64,000 nucleotides of DNA, from NCBI RefSeq assembly GCF_964355755.1, contig NC_092675.1, positions 31,468,912 to 31,532,911 of the forward strand. Reading direction: 5' to 3'. The stretch is from Antedon mediterranea. Taxonomy: Eukaryota; Animalia; Echinodermata. Both the position numbers and the translations under genes were made by a program. This document shows positions 1-20,700 of this stretch, piece by piece. The notes below the pieces were generated by a model. That model saw nothing but the letters and a program-made list of their open reading frames with translations. It was not told the origin of the DNA and made no database searches. Position 1 is the stretch's first letter. Every line of letters begins with the position of its first letter.

Positions 1-473
1 GATGGAGTGGAGCTAAAAGACACCACAAAACACTTAACTGATACTCCATAGTGTGCTTTATACCAACTACTAACCGTAAAACCAAATTCATCACGGTAAA
101 AAGTTTAATTCTAGTTTAATTTGATTTATAGAATAAAAGACAAATTTGAATACAAACATTCGACACTAGCACCAAGACACGGTTTAAGTTAATCTTCAAT
201 GCCATTACTCAGTTACTTGCTATTTAAGTATTTATATTATACCACCATGATTTCCTTTCCATAAATATGTAAAGTTGGTGCTGAAAACTGTAATTAACTG
301 TCTTCAATAATCATAAAGATATGTACACTTTTCAAGTCTATGTCCACAAATGTATCCAACAATATTTCTAAATTTACAGACCTTCTATTTTTCTAAAACT
401 ATTCCAGAATACATGTTGGTTTCAAAGGGTGTACAGTATTCAAATGCATTATAAAGGTACAGGTTGCAAAGCC

Positions 474-8780
<8,307 letters not shown>

Positions 8781-11700
8781 ATGTTTTCTTCTAAACAGAA
8801 TATAAAAGATAAAGGTGTAAGCAGTGGAGTTGGAAGACTACAATATCTTCAACAGCTGGTTACTGAGTTCCAAAAGACAACAGACGATAGTAAATTATCT
8901 GATTTTTTAATTTTTTTGCCCACTTCTTTCTCATCTTCTTACCACCCTAGCTAGCCTAGTACTACTAGGCTAGTAGAGTAGGCCTAGTACTACTGTACTA
9001 CGTAACACTGTAGAGTAGATAGGCCTATCCAGAGCCATATACATAAAGAGTTACGACATTGGATTATAGTCACGTGATATGCAGATCAAAATGTGTCAAA
9101 CTTGTCTGCATTAATGCATGTAAAGTATAGGAGCAACAAAATACTTTAAACTTTTTCTTATATTTATTAAAAAAATGTAATTGCACATTTTGCGATGAAA
9201 TATCGATGTGCACAGCGTACAGAAGTACTTGCGGCAAAGAATATTGTGCGCGCGTGCGCTAGTACATTGTAATGTTTGATTGATTGATTTTGGAACAAAA
9301 CATCCCATAACTACGTCCTATTAATAACAATTATGTAATATTTTCAATTCATAATGCATGCTTTGATGACTAAATAAAATAATAAAGTGTCGACGTCGTG
9401 GATATATTTGTTAATATACTGAAAAGGGTATGAACAATATTTAAATAATAAAGGCAATTATTACAAATGAAATGATGAACGAGTCTCTGAATGTTAATAA
9501 CGTTGGCGGCGCAGTTTGTGTAAAAAACACACAGAAAGCCATATACTGCATAAAAAGAGGGGTGAATTTGTGTGTTTTTTGTATTGGTTCATTCTTTGAT
9601 GCATTCTAACTTCCATGTAGGCCCTAGCATTTATTTTGTTGTTATTATAAAACATATATATATATTTTAACAAATCAATACCATTAATAAATTAATTACT
9701 AGAATAAAAATGGAATCTAAGCGTTATTTCATTGACAACAAAATCTAAAAATAATGCATAGAACTTCAGGAAAACACTATACAAAAGAGACGCGCGCGCC
9801 CTCAGCGTGCGAATTCTTTGACACAAAAATGGCTTCTAATTTTCAATGTCGTAACTCTTAATATATATGGCTCTGGGCCTATCCATCCTCATTAATATTA
9901 TTATTATTGAATATTATATTATCTTGATTGTGTAGTGAGTGTAAACATCACTATACATTTATATTAGAAGAACAAGTAAAGAAATGTATTACTTATAGAT
10001 TATGCTTTATAAAGTCTCGAAATTCAGGTTAGTAACTATATTTATAAGAAAGGCGGATTTATTAAAGCCCCATTCCCTACGTTTTTTAGATCTAATTTAA
10101 GGTCACAAACTATATTTAATGTAAAAATAATACTATATGGTCCTATTGCGATAACTTTTTTCGTCTTTAAACGGTTAAAAATGTGAAAAATAAATCGATT
10201 TTAATAATTATAGCGGCCCGCTATAAATCCCAAAATGCATTGCGCGCGGATTGATATTGTTGTTTTTCACCTGTAATTCGCCCACTTTTCGATCGATCGT
10301 GAAGCCAAAACAAATGGAAGACTCCTAACTTTTCAGCGAAAATACCGGGTTTTCCCCAATTTGTATCAACGGAGTCTGGCAAAAATAGAAAGATAATTAA
10401 TGCAGCAACTATACAACGTCAGGCTAGGTATATAGCTAGCGTACGATGTTTGTACATTACCGATGTTTACCAGCTAGGCCTACAAAACTAAGCCTAGCTA
10501 GGCTAGGCCTGAGACCGTCCACGAGAGGTCGATCGCCGCGAGCTACTTAGGTAGTGCATTGTTTCTCACTTTTTATCATAATTTACCATAAAACGTACAT
10601 TTAAGACAAGGAATGACATGGTTTAATGTTTTTAAAGTGATATATATGTATTATTTTCCAAAAAACGTCCAAAATTGCAGGGAAGGGGTCTTTAAACATT
10701 CATTCATCTGCAGGAGCTCCAATGACTTGTTTATTATATGTTTTCTCTAGATTCTGTCCCTGACTAAATAATTGAATAAAAGAAATGTTTGTTTTTTTTT
10801 TACAGTTTACAAACGACAAGTTATTGCAAATTTGGCAAATTTTTCATATGATCCTGTCAACTATGGGTATCTACAGCAACTGAATGTCATTGACCTTTTT
10901 CTTGGTGAGAATAATATTACCGTATACATTGCACGCTTTAGAGTGACTTACCCTGAAATATTCAAATTTTCAAAAGTACCACACATATTTGGTATTATTC
11001 TACCAAATTTTAACAAATCTATTTTGTTTTCAACAGATTCATTATCAGATGATAACCTTGTAGAACTTGCAGTTGGTGGCTTATGCAACATTGCACTCGG
11101 TTTGTACAATAAAAAACATTTTGATTTGCAGTAAAAAATTAATTACATAAATCCAAATACATAAAAAAGTTTAAAAAAGTAAATATTAGCATTCAAATAT
11201 AAATGATGATCGCCAAATGCTACAGGGAATTAATTAAAGATGGTACTATATATTATGAGACTGTCTAGTAATAATTGTACAATTTACTAAAAAGATTAAT
11301 TTAACTTAAAGAATTAAAAAGGTTGATTAAATAATATTTCACATGTTCATTACATTCCACCCTCAATGGGAAACATCCAGATGCCGACACAATTTTGGAT
11401 GTTGTGTATATACTGCAAGTTGAAACATAATTGCAATTGTTTTTCAGACAAACAATGCAAAGAATACATATTACAAAATGATGGAGTACAAATGTTAAAA
11501 GAATGCCTATCTAAGTAAGTCAAAATCTATTTTATACTATCGAGGAAAACATGCTAATATTGTAAAATAATAGTGATCAATAAGCATAAAAACTTTTTTT
11601 ATTTCAGTCAAAATGAGGAAGTGGTTCTTTCTGGCATAACAACATTAATATTTTTGATAACACCCGCTTCAAAATTAGGTAATTAATCCAGTAATTGGTC

Positions 11701-12115
11701 AAATAATATAGTAGTGCAAGCAGGCCTAACTGAATTGGGGTTTTTTCATCATAATTATTGTAGTATACATTGATTATTGATTGTCATTTCACACAATGGA
11801 TGAAACAATGCTATAGCGACTCATGTTTTTGTGTTTAGTTATAGTTTGGCCTATTGTGATTTTGAGTCATTTAGCAAAGTTTATGTTGCTATATTTTTCA
11901 ATATTATAGAAATAACTGCCCCAGAGGTGATAGCATGTATGCAGCGGTTTTCAACATCTTTAAGTACTCGTCTTAGTAACCTGGCAACGGTTTTTATGCA
12001 AGATTACTGCACTGAGAGTCAACTAAACAGCTGTTTAACAACAACAAAACCGATAGGGATACCATTACCTGCCAGCACACCACCAGAAACAACCAATACC
12101 AGTGATAATTCATGA
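8781..12115 (+). CDS. ARMC7: Armadillo repeat-containing protein 7 (6 exons)
   Basis: Exons approx. 8781-8889 ([16 protein letters not shown]), 10806-10904 ([31 protein letters not shown]), 11037-11099, 11448-11514, 11608-11678, 11910-12115 ([14 protein letters not shown]...[14 protein letters not shown]). These match ARMC7 conserved blocks. Confidence 0.93.
9030..9875. mobile_element. Non-autonomous DNA transposon (P/hAT-type) in ARMC7 intron 1
   Basis: TIRs of about 35 bp (CAGAGCCATATAC...GAGTTACGACATTG / CAATGTCGTAACTC...ATATGGCTCTG) and a perfect 8-bp TSD GGCCTATC (9022-9029, 9876-9883). Confidence 0.9.
10066..10691. mobile_element. Non-autonomous Kolobok-like DNA transposon
   Basis: Flanked by TTAA on both sides. 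Imperfect TIRs AGCCCCATTCCCTAC / GCAGGGAAGGGGTCT with AG...CT termini. Confidence 0.75.
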
Positions 12116-12127
12116 CAAGAAATGAAC

Positions 12128-12525
12128 TAATTGACCCACTACCTTATAGCATGGAGTTAGTTCCTAACTTATTTCTACATGCTTATAGTAATTGACCCAC
12201 TACCTTATAGCATGGAGTTAGTTCCTAACTTATTTCTACATGCTTATAGTAATTGACCCACTACCTTATAGCATGGAGTTAGTTCCTAACTTATTTCTAA
12301 TTGAGCCACTACCTTATAGCATGGAGTTAGTTCCTAACTTATTTCTAATTGAGCCACTACCTTATAGCATGGAGTTAGTTCCTAACTTATTTCTACATGA
12401 AATGAACTAATTGAGCCACTACCTTATAGCATGGAGTTAGTTCTTAACTTATTTCTACATGAAATGAACTAATTGACCCACTACCTTATAGCATGGAGTT
12501 AGTTCCTAACTTATTTCTACATGCT
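12128..12525. repeat. 48-62-bp tandem repeat (about 7 copies) in the ARMC7 3' UTR
   Basis: Core TAATTGA(C/G)CCACTACCTTATAGCATGGAGTTAGTTCCTAACTTATTTCTA, starting about 13 nt after the stop codon. Confidence 0.95.
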
Positions 12526-13126
12526 ACTTATAGTAAGCAAAATAAGTACAGTACTCAACAATTTTAAAGATCTCAATCTGATCCATTTTAAGAATTTTAA
12601 TATCCGATATACTTACACATTGAAAAATGTTTGATGCATGCCACTTGACTGTCAGAACGTATACTTATACCATCACTTACCACTTAAAGAGGTAGGGTCT
12701 GTCAAAACTGACATCAACTTCATACCAAAGTGGTATTATTTACATAATGTGTATTCATAGAAGCTTAATATCCATGATCAATAGTTCAACTTGTGATGCC
12801 ATTCATTTTCTTCTGTTAATACAGTATACATTTACCAAAATCAGGGCAAGAACTATAGGACTAATCAAATTTATAGTAATTCAATAAAAATCCTCGGTGT
12901 GTAGATACCAAATGTATTTACTGTTGTCAATAAAAGCATTTAAATCTGTAAAACAGATTTCTCATTGAATTAGTTAAAATTGGATTTTTAGACAATATGG
13001 GCAACATTCTACCGCTGATTTTCTGGCATACAAAACTACAAAACAAACAAAATGAGAGTAAGAGATAGTTGCCAAAACTTTATTTTTTAATACAGTAAGA
13101 TGTTGTCTATGCTGCGATCATCTTGC

Positions 13127-14523
13127 TTATTTTGCTTGTGATGCTGCTCCACGTTGTCTTGGTGTGGGTGTTGTGCCCTCTCTGAAACCATTACTATAAT
13201 ATGAATATATATAAACATTAATATTATTAGTTTAGTATAAAATGTCCACTAACCCTGTAACCTAATTTATTTTTTTCTATGTATTTTATTGGAATTTAAG
13301 GGGGCCCTGAATATCAACTGCCATTAATTTGTCCAGCTGAAAGGGTTACCCTTTATAAATAAAGTTGAAATAAAAAAAAAATGATTGTAAGTTGTTGAAT
13401 AGATCATCTTGTACACCCTATAATTTGTTTTTATTAATTTAAAGCGGTGAATATCGATGAATACAAACTTACGTGAATCTTCTGTGCACATCTTTAAGAT
13501 GTCTGATTCTACCAGTTCCTGTAGTACGTCGCCTTTTAGCTTTAATACTCCAGTTATCTATTAAAAATTATGTTTGAGCAATTCAATACACACAAAATAA
13601 TTACAGTTTTGAAATGAATTTAGAGCTTCAAAAATGTTATATATAACCTTAGAAAATACAAGCCTTACATGTCCTTATTCTTTTAGAAGGATATCCACAT
13701 GCTGCACACGTCTTCTTTTGAATGTGGTAACTTCGCCGACCACACCTTCTACAGAAAGTGTGCGACTTGTTATGCCGCTTCCCAAAACTGGATGTACCCT
13801 TGGTCTGTTAAAAATTGTAAAATAATGTTAACACATCTTAACCAGTGTTTTAGTAAGTACTACAAGTAGTAAGTAAGTAATACGCCGACTCCAGAAGAGC
13901 GAGGGAGAAGATGGGAAGAAGGCGACACATATATCACATCAGTTGAATTTTTTTTTTTTATGAAATGGCAAGTGTAAATAAGGCCACACACCACGACCAA
14001 TCGCACTGTTGTTACTGTTAGTGCGAGTGACTAGTAGTAGCCTGTCATCCTAGCCTCTGCTTCGGCCGGCTCACACCTCACTCAGCAGTACAGTACACAG
14101 TACCTAAAGTTTCGGCCGATATTATAGCCCAACCTAATATTAATAATAAATAAAGGGAAGGCCTAGTTGGGACATAGTTTAATCTTTATAATGTTCCCTT
14201 AGCAATATTACATGACCATAATTACAGTCTACAGGACTACGACATTAATTTGTCAAGAAGCCTAGCCTAGCACATAAGCACATACTGTCCTAAGCCTAGG
14301 ACAGTAGAAGAGGAACGAATGACCTGGTGGTTCTAGCTAGGCATAATGGTTATGGCATTTCAATCAAGCATTTCTACAAAACAAACACAAATTAACCGTT
14401 TTAACGATTATAAGATAACTATTATTTATTGTTATTACATTTTTCGGACAAAAAAAGTACCGATGTTTAATAATAACCGTGATTGTTATAGATTACTTTA
14501 CCATTACAAATTATGCTTACCAT
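13127..14523 (-). CDS. RPL37: 60S ribosomal protein L37 (eL37), 4 exons
   Basis: ATG at 14521-14523 is followed directly by a GT intron. Exons 13669-13804 ([39 protein letters not shown]), 13473-13557 ([21 protein letters not shown]) and 13127-13193 (NGFREGTTP...). A polyA signal lies at about 13079-13084. The ORF track missed this gene. Confidence 0.98.
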
Positions 14524-14869
14524 TTCGGCTTTATGGGAATTTCGAAAAGGCTGTCCTCTCTCGGTTGTAATACAAAGTAGACAATTAGACGTTCATTATA
14601 CAGTACAGCAATGGGTGGACAGCCAGAGAGCGAATGGACAAGGAGTCTAATCGACAAGTCGATATAACGTAATATCCGAAGGGGAATTCCATTTAAGGAC
14701 AATGACGTAATGTTATGCTTCCACGTTGTCACTGCCACGACCCCAACTTTATGTTGGAAGTCACAGTCAATAAAAGACAGGACGCAATGTTTTTTCCTGT
14801 ATTCACTGGTTATTAGGTCTTGTTCAGTTCTGCAACGTAGGCTACTAATTAAACATTTAACAACTCAAT
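14524..14869. promoter_or_regulatory. Bidirectional promoter RPL37 / FBXO4 with TCT/5'TOP motif
   Basis: Pyrimidine tract CCTTTTCG on the minus strand at about 14543-14550, some 20 nt upstream of the RPL37 ATG. CRE-like TGACGTAA at about 14703. Confidence 0.65.
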
Positions 14870-17288
14870 ATGTTTGGTAATGAGGAAACTCTTGCGCATG
14901 TCAACCAATTACTAATTCTACAACAAAAACAAGAAAATGCAATGGGATTTGATTTTGATTCCGTCGTTAAGTCATCTTATAAATTATTCGCAAGCATGTA
15001 CGGTGAAAGTGGCATTGAAGGGAACACTACTGAGGGACAATCCACCACTAGCCATCAGATGTCAGAAAACCAGTACAATGATGATATTGTAATCATGGTT
15101 GAACCAAGTACAACTGAAATTAGTTTTAATACCTTTGGTATTCTGGACCTTCCTGTAAGTATAAGTCTACAGAATATCGGATATAGTCACTGAAACCAAG
15201 GCAATCTAACAGATTGCCTTGCCGAAACAACAGGATTTCAAAAACTATAACATGCTTAGTTATTACTATATTAGTAGGTTTTTGCTTTTTCAGACTATAT
15301 TACTAACAGTATATATTTTACCTAGAATGCATTGCTATTAATTTGTCTTCATAACATTTCCTTTGGATTTGTTATTACTGTTACTGTATTTATTTGTTGA
15401 ATATAGTTTAAACATTCAATTTCAGGTACAGGTGCAACTGCACATATTTTCATTTTTGACTGCTCAAGATTTAAGTCAAGCTAGTCAGAGTTGTCGTACA
15501 TGGAATGATTTGTGTTCAGACCATCTTCTCTGGAAACGGTTGCTGAACATAGACCAACATCAATGGAACACTGTTAGTCATAGTACCAACCCTGCTGTTT
15601 ACAGAGCTGTTGATTCTGACCTTTCACAAAAAGAAATGTAAGAATTTGACCAAACAGTGTAAACCTCTGTCTATACTATAACATTTTAAGTGACAAAAAA
15701 TGTGATGTGCCCATATATGGTATAGACATGATGATGTCATATCACTACCATATTTAGACACATCACACTTTTTTTGTCAAACTAGTTTGATAGTGTGGAC
15801 AGAGCTTTTGTGTATGAATATACTCAAATAGTTTAATCATACCAGTATTTTATATTAATTTTTATTAAGAGAAATCTTTTTTTAATTGCAGCTATTCAAG
15901 ATGTTGTCCACATGCCCAGTCTGTAATCACTGGTCTTCGTTTTTCAATTCCAAGACTTTTTCGATCCTTAGTTTTGACAAAACCACCAAAAATTGTAATG
16001 TTTGGTCCTGGTTTAGAATGTGAAGACACTTCATCCATTGTTCGCAAGTTTCTTGGAGAAAGACCAGAAATCTTCAAAACTTGTGGTGGTTTCCCAGGAG
16101 AATTCCCAGGAAGTAAGTCAATTATTAGTCATTTTAATTAAATATGAATGTTTAAAAACTATTTTTTTTGTAATGAAAATATTATATAATAGTAATGTGA
16201 ATATTAGTGCAATATAGAATGACATTTTTACTGTGACCTACTTTCACTTTCAGGTATAGGTACTGGTTTCTATGTTAAAGTGGAAAATACATTTCAGATT
16301 CGTTTGATTACACTTTACTCAGGGACAAGGTAAGCAATTATGTAATGAAAAATAAACCAATTTGGATATCATGTAGGCCTATCTATCTATTTAACCTACT
16401 GTTGCATATTAAATATGTGCAATTTAACGTTAATCATACATTTTATTTCCTTAAAAGGAAAGAACGAGAGAACCAAAATGTAAACCAACGAGCAAGTCGA
16501 AATAAGCTGTTGGTAGCTGCAGCAGCAAGAGATGAAGAAGACATTGTTAACCAAGAAAATAATGGCGAGAACCCATTTGATGCAAGTCATTCTGTGAGGG
16601 CGCTGTGTAGGACGGTTGATGCGTTTATATTTGTACTGAATGCTTCTACGTCTGCTACAACATCTGGTTAGTTTGATTTTTTTTAATTAAAATATTTTGA
16701 CAAATCAGGGTGATAAAGAGCATCCATTATAATATTACGTGCAAATTATATTTTGCTATTGAACTATGATTTGTATTGCTTGTTGCAGTTTCTGAAGGAA
16801 AACCAGAGTTATTGACAATAATGAATGACAGATGGACACATCCTTCAATACCATTACTTATTTTATCATGCGTTAAAAATGATGATGTTACAAGAGTGTC
16901 TTGCATAACTGTTGCTGATCAATTACAACTTCACAATATGAACAGAGTTTGGAAAGTAAGTTTTATTTTTTTATAACTTTTGTGAAAGACTAAGTTCACT
17001 ATCACAACATTTTTGTGCCCATTGTAGTTTTTATATAAAAGTAGTTTTTCTGAAGTTTTATAAAATAATAAGTGATGAAAATAAGCTCAAAGTAAGGTTA
17101 ATATACCTAGATGTTATAGCAACCAGGTTAATACTGGAGATCATATTGTACACTGTTCCAAGTCAACAGGTTAATGATAATTAATTACCGTTTCATTTCT
17201 GTTACAGATGTACAACTGTAATATACAAACACTAGATGGAGTCACTGATGGTATAAAATGGATTAAAGGTGCTGTAGACAGCAGGTGA
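14870..17288 (+). CDS. FBXO4: F-box only protein 4 (7 exons)
   Basis: F-box LDLP|VQVQLHIFSFLTAQDLSQASQSCRTWNDLCSDHLLWK; PKIVMFGPGLE; CRTVDAFIFV; PLLILSC; C-terminus LDGVTDGIKWI. Exons approx. 14870-15154, 15426-15637, 15892-16112, 16254-16329, 16458-16666, 16789-16955, 17208-17288. Confidence 0.9.
15660..15808. mobile_element. About 140-bp PIF/Harbinger (Tourist-like) MITE, one of at least 6 copies in the window
   Basis: TIR AGCTCTGTCTACACTATCAAAC with TAA/TTA flanks. Related copies lie at about 22922-23038, 41211-41345, 43996-44060 (partial), 44634-44796 and 55856-56003. Confidence 0.8.
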
Positions 17289-17726
17289 TGAACCAGTGCA
17301 TGCAACATATGCTGCTTTAACTCAATTAGGCTCATATTAAGGTTTTATAACAAAGTATTTCAAAGTCTTGATTGCAACTACAATTGTAAATTATTTATAA
17401 ACAACTATTCTATTTTGTATAATAAAAATGTGCAATACCTATACAAAGATATCAATGTATTTACATACATGTGTTGATAAATTAATTAACCTTTTATAAA
17501 CAGTTGGTCAAAGTTGTTAATAAATATTTGTTTCAATGCTTCCGATCTTTGCAATAAAAATGATTTCTATCAATTATGAGTAATACATCATCATTAGCAT
17601 TAGTGGTTTGCATACTACTAGTGTAACTGTTATGTACACACAGTAAGTGGATGGTGTTTCTGCTACAAATGACTATTATGGGATGTCTGCTGTATAAAAT
17701 CAATATACCCATCTTTATGATCATTG

Positions 17727-20700
17727 TTATTGTGCCAGGACTTCTTGTACAGCATTTTTAATTGCATCCACACAAGTCGTCAACATTTCCTCAGTTAAAG
17801 TGCAATTTATAGCGACACGAATACTGAAAAACAAATATATCTTTGATATTTAACAGTTTCAATATTGTAAGGAAAAACAATAAATTGAGTAATATGTAAA
17901 GTTCAAATACCTTGGTTCCGGTGGGTTGTATTCTTCATCATTAAGATATCGTGCTACTGTTAAGACAGCTCCATGATCAAGTGCCTACAATAAGAAGTAT
18001 ATTAAGATATCGTGCTACTGTTAAGACAGCTCCATGATCAAGTGCCTACAATAAGAAGTATATTAAGATATCGTGCTACTGTTAAGACAGCTCCATGATC
18101 AAGTGCCTACAATAAGAAGTATATTAAGATATCGTGCTACTGTTAAGACAGCTCCATGATCAAGTGCCTACAATAAGAAGTATGACATTCTTATTTTTGT
18201 AGATCCAATTAAATAGAAAAGTAAATATTTGAAACAAAATTAAATTATTCCAAAATCTAAGTCTGTACAGTATTTATAATAAAATATGAAGTCGTATAAA
18301 CTATTCATAATAAAACTGACCTTATCTACAATACTCTGTAGAAGTCGAAGGTCATCGTCATGGCTTCCTACAGATTTTGTTAGGTATAAATGTTGTACTG
18401 GTGACACAGCTTCACCAACCCTCTTCAGACCTGGAATGCTGAAAATAATAATAAATATATGTTTATTCTTACTCCTGAGGCTAATTAAGTATAACTCAAC
18501 AGTTCTTTTCAGAACTGAATACAACTTTATATCAACATATTGATTTCGCCACGCAAACAATAAAATAAAAACATCAAGAATTCCTGGAACTTTATAACTC
18601 AGTGGCATAGTATTTTTACAAAGCAGTATTTAATCGTGTTATTTCATTTCCTGTATTCTGTTACATCCCAAAAACTTTACTGTAATTGAAAAAAGGAAAT
18701 AACACAGTTTCCAAGCTATAGCTTCAAATTTGTGGGAGGTGTAAATATCAAAATCAAACATTACTTGTTTAATTGTTCATGCATTAACTTTGTATTTCGA
18801 CGTAAAGTCTTGAACATTCCTGGCTCTTTTTTCATAATTTCCAATGCAGTAAGAGAAGATGATGCCAACAACGGCGGAAGAGATGCAGAAAAACAATAAC
18901 CACTGCCAGATAACACCTGGAAAGAAAGACAAACAACTTGTCAGTAAGAGAAGATGATGCCAACAACGGCGGAAGAGATGCAGAAAAACAATAACCACTG
19001 CCAGATAACACCTGGAAAGAAAGACAAACAACTTGGGTGGTTTGTAAACAAATAAATCTAGAGATTGAACTATCATCAGTACATTAATTTCTATAATTTC
19101 AAAACACAGTGTAATATCTGACCTCTCTTTCTATCATGATCAAAGCTACTTCAACAATTACACTTATTTAGTCATTGTAAAAATACTGAAAGATAAAAAC
19201 TAATTGTTGACAACAACGTACCTGGTGATCTACGACATATTGTGTACCTGCACAGAATCCTCCAGTTGTACCAAAGGAATTCTCTAAGGATGCACATATC
19301 AGGTCAACGTTGCTAACCTTAGAAAACACACACAAATAAAACAACAAAATGCATTTGGATGAAAGATAGATCTCATCCTTATTTATAGAATTTATGCTAT
19401 TTTCATATGCATCACTAATATATATATATATAAAAAAAAGAATTTTTAACAGATAATTATTTGAAATCTAAAATACACTTTTCTAACCTAAATGGTTTTA
19501 TGAAATTAACATGCTTATAAAAGAAATAATAATGGAAGCTAGATATGATTCACAACTGTGATGTAACTTACAGGAATGTTGTAATGTTCAGTTAGGCCTT
19601 TTCCTGAATCTCCAAGAACTCCAAGAGACAAACTTTCTTCTAAGAAAATACGAACCTTGTACTTGAACTTGAACTCAACCTTCATGCAAATACAATTAAA
19701 TCAATCAATCTATATAAATTCAGTTGGTCACTTAACTAATGTTAAACCTTTATACAGTCAGTTGGTCACTTAACTAATGTTAAACCTTCATACAGTCAGT
19801 TGGTCACTTAACTAATGTTAAACCTTCATACAGTCAGCTGGTCACTTAACTAATGTTAAACCTTCATACAGTCAGTTGGTCACTTAACTAATGTTAAACC
19901 TATATTGAAAATATTCTTTTTTCCAAACCAATAATTAGTAAAAACTAACCTTGACAGTTTCGCTGTCCTGATCGGACAGCTTCTTCAGAAATAATGACGA
20001 TCTATCATCAAACAGACTGACCTCTAGAGGGCCTATTCTGTTTAATGACAGGGTCATACACGTGACTGAGTTGGTGGGTGCCCTCGTCTCTGTTGATGAT
20101 TTGGTTTCCTCGTCTGCGGATCCAGATGGCTTCTCTGATGCGTCGGTTGTTTGTATCTGGTTCCCTGTCGATGATTTTAGGTTGTGTCCAGTCTATATAT
20201 GTGATTTAACTTGACGGCATGATCTGCTATAGCTGATTTGCTCAGTTCATTTTTTGATTCTCTATGTGATTGACGAGTGAAGTTCTTTCTCTGTTGGGTT
20301 ATCTTTTCCGTTTCTTTTCTATGTTCTTTTAACCTTGTGTCAAAACAACGACCCGTTTCTCCAATGTAGGTGAGATCACAATTAGAACATGAGATTTCGT
20401 AGACGCAATTAGCCACTTTCAATTTGTCAACTTGGTCTTTTGGGTGGACAAGTAGTTGGCGTAATGAAGTGTGGGGTTTCATAGCTGTGTTGATGCCAAA
20501 CTCCTTAAACACTTTACTAACTCGCTCCGAAAGTCCTGCTACATAAGGGACGACTACAAATCCTTTGCTTTCCATGGTGTTTTCTTTCTTCTTGGATGTT
20601 ACTTTTTTATTTTCTTTTATTTTTTTCTTTACTTGGTTGAATGACCACTTAGGATAGCCACATCTGGAAAGGGCTGATGTTATATTGGCCTCTTCTGTAT

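Noticed and set aside
13194-14520. Intronic snoRNA in RPL37 (human hosts one)
   Set aside because: No convincing C/D or H/ACA box pair was found by eye. An Infernal/Rfam search would be needed to exclude it.
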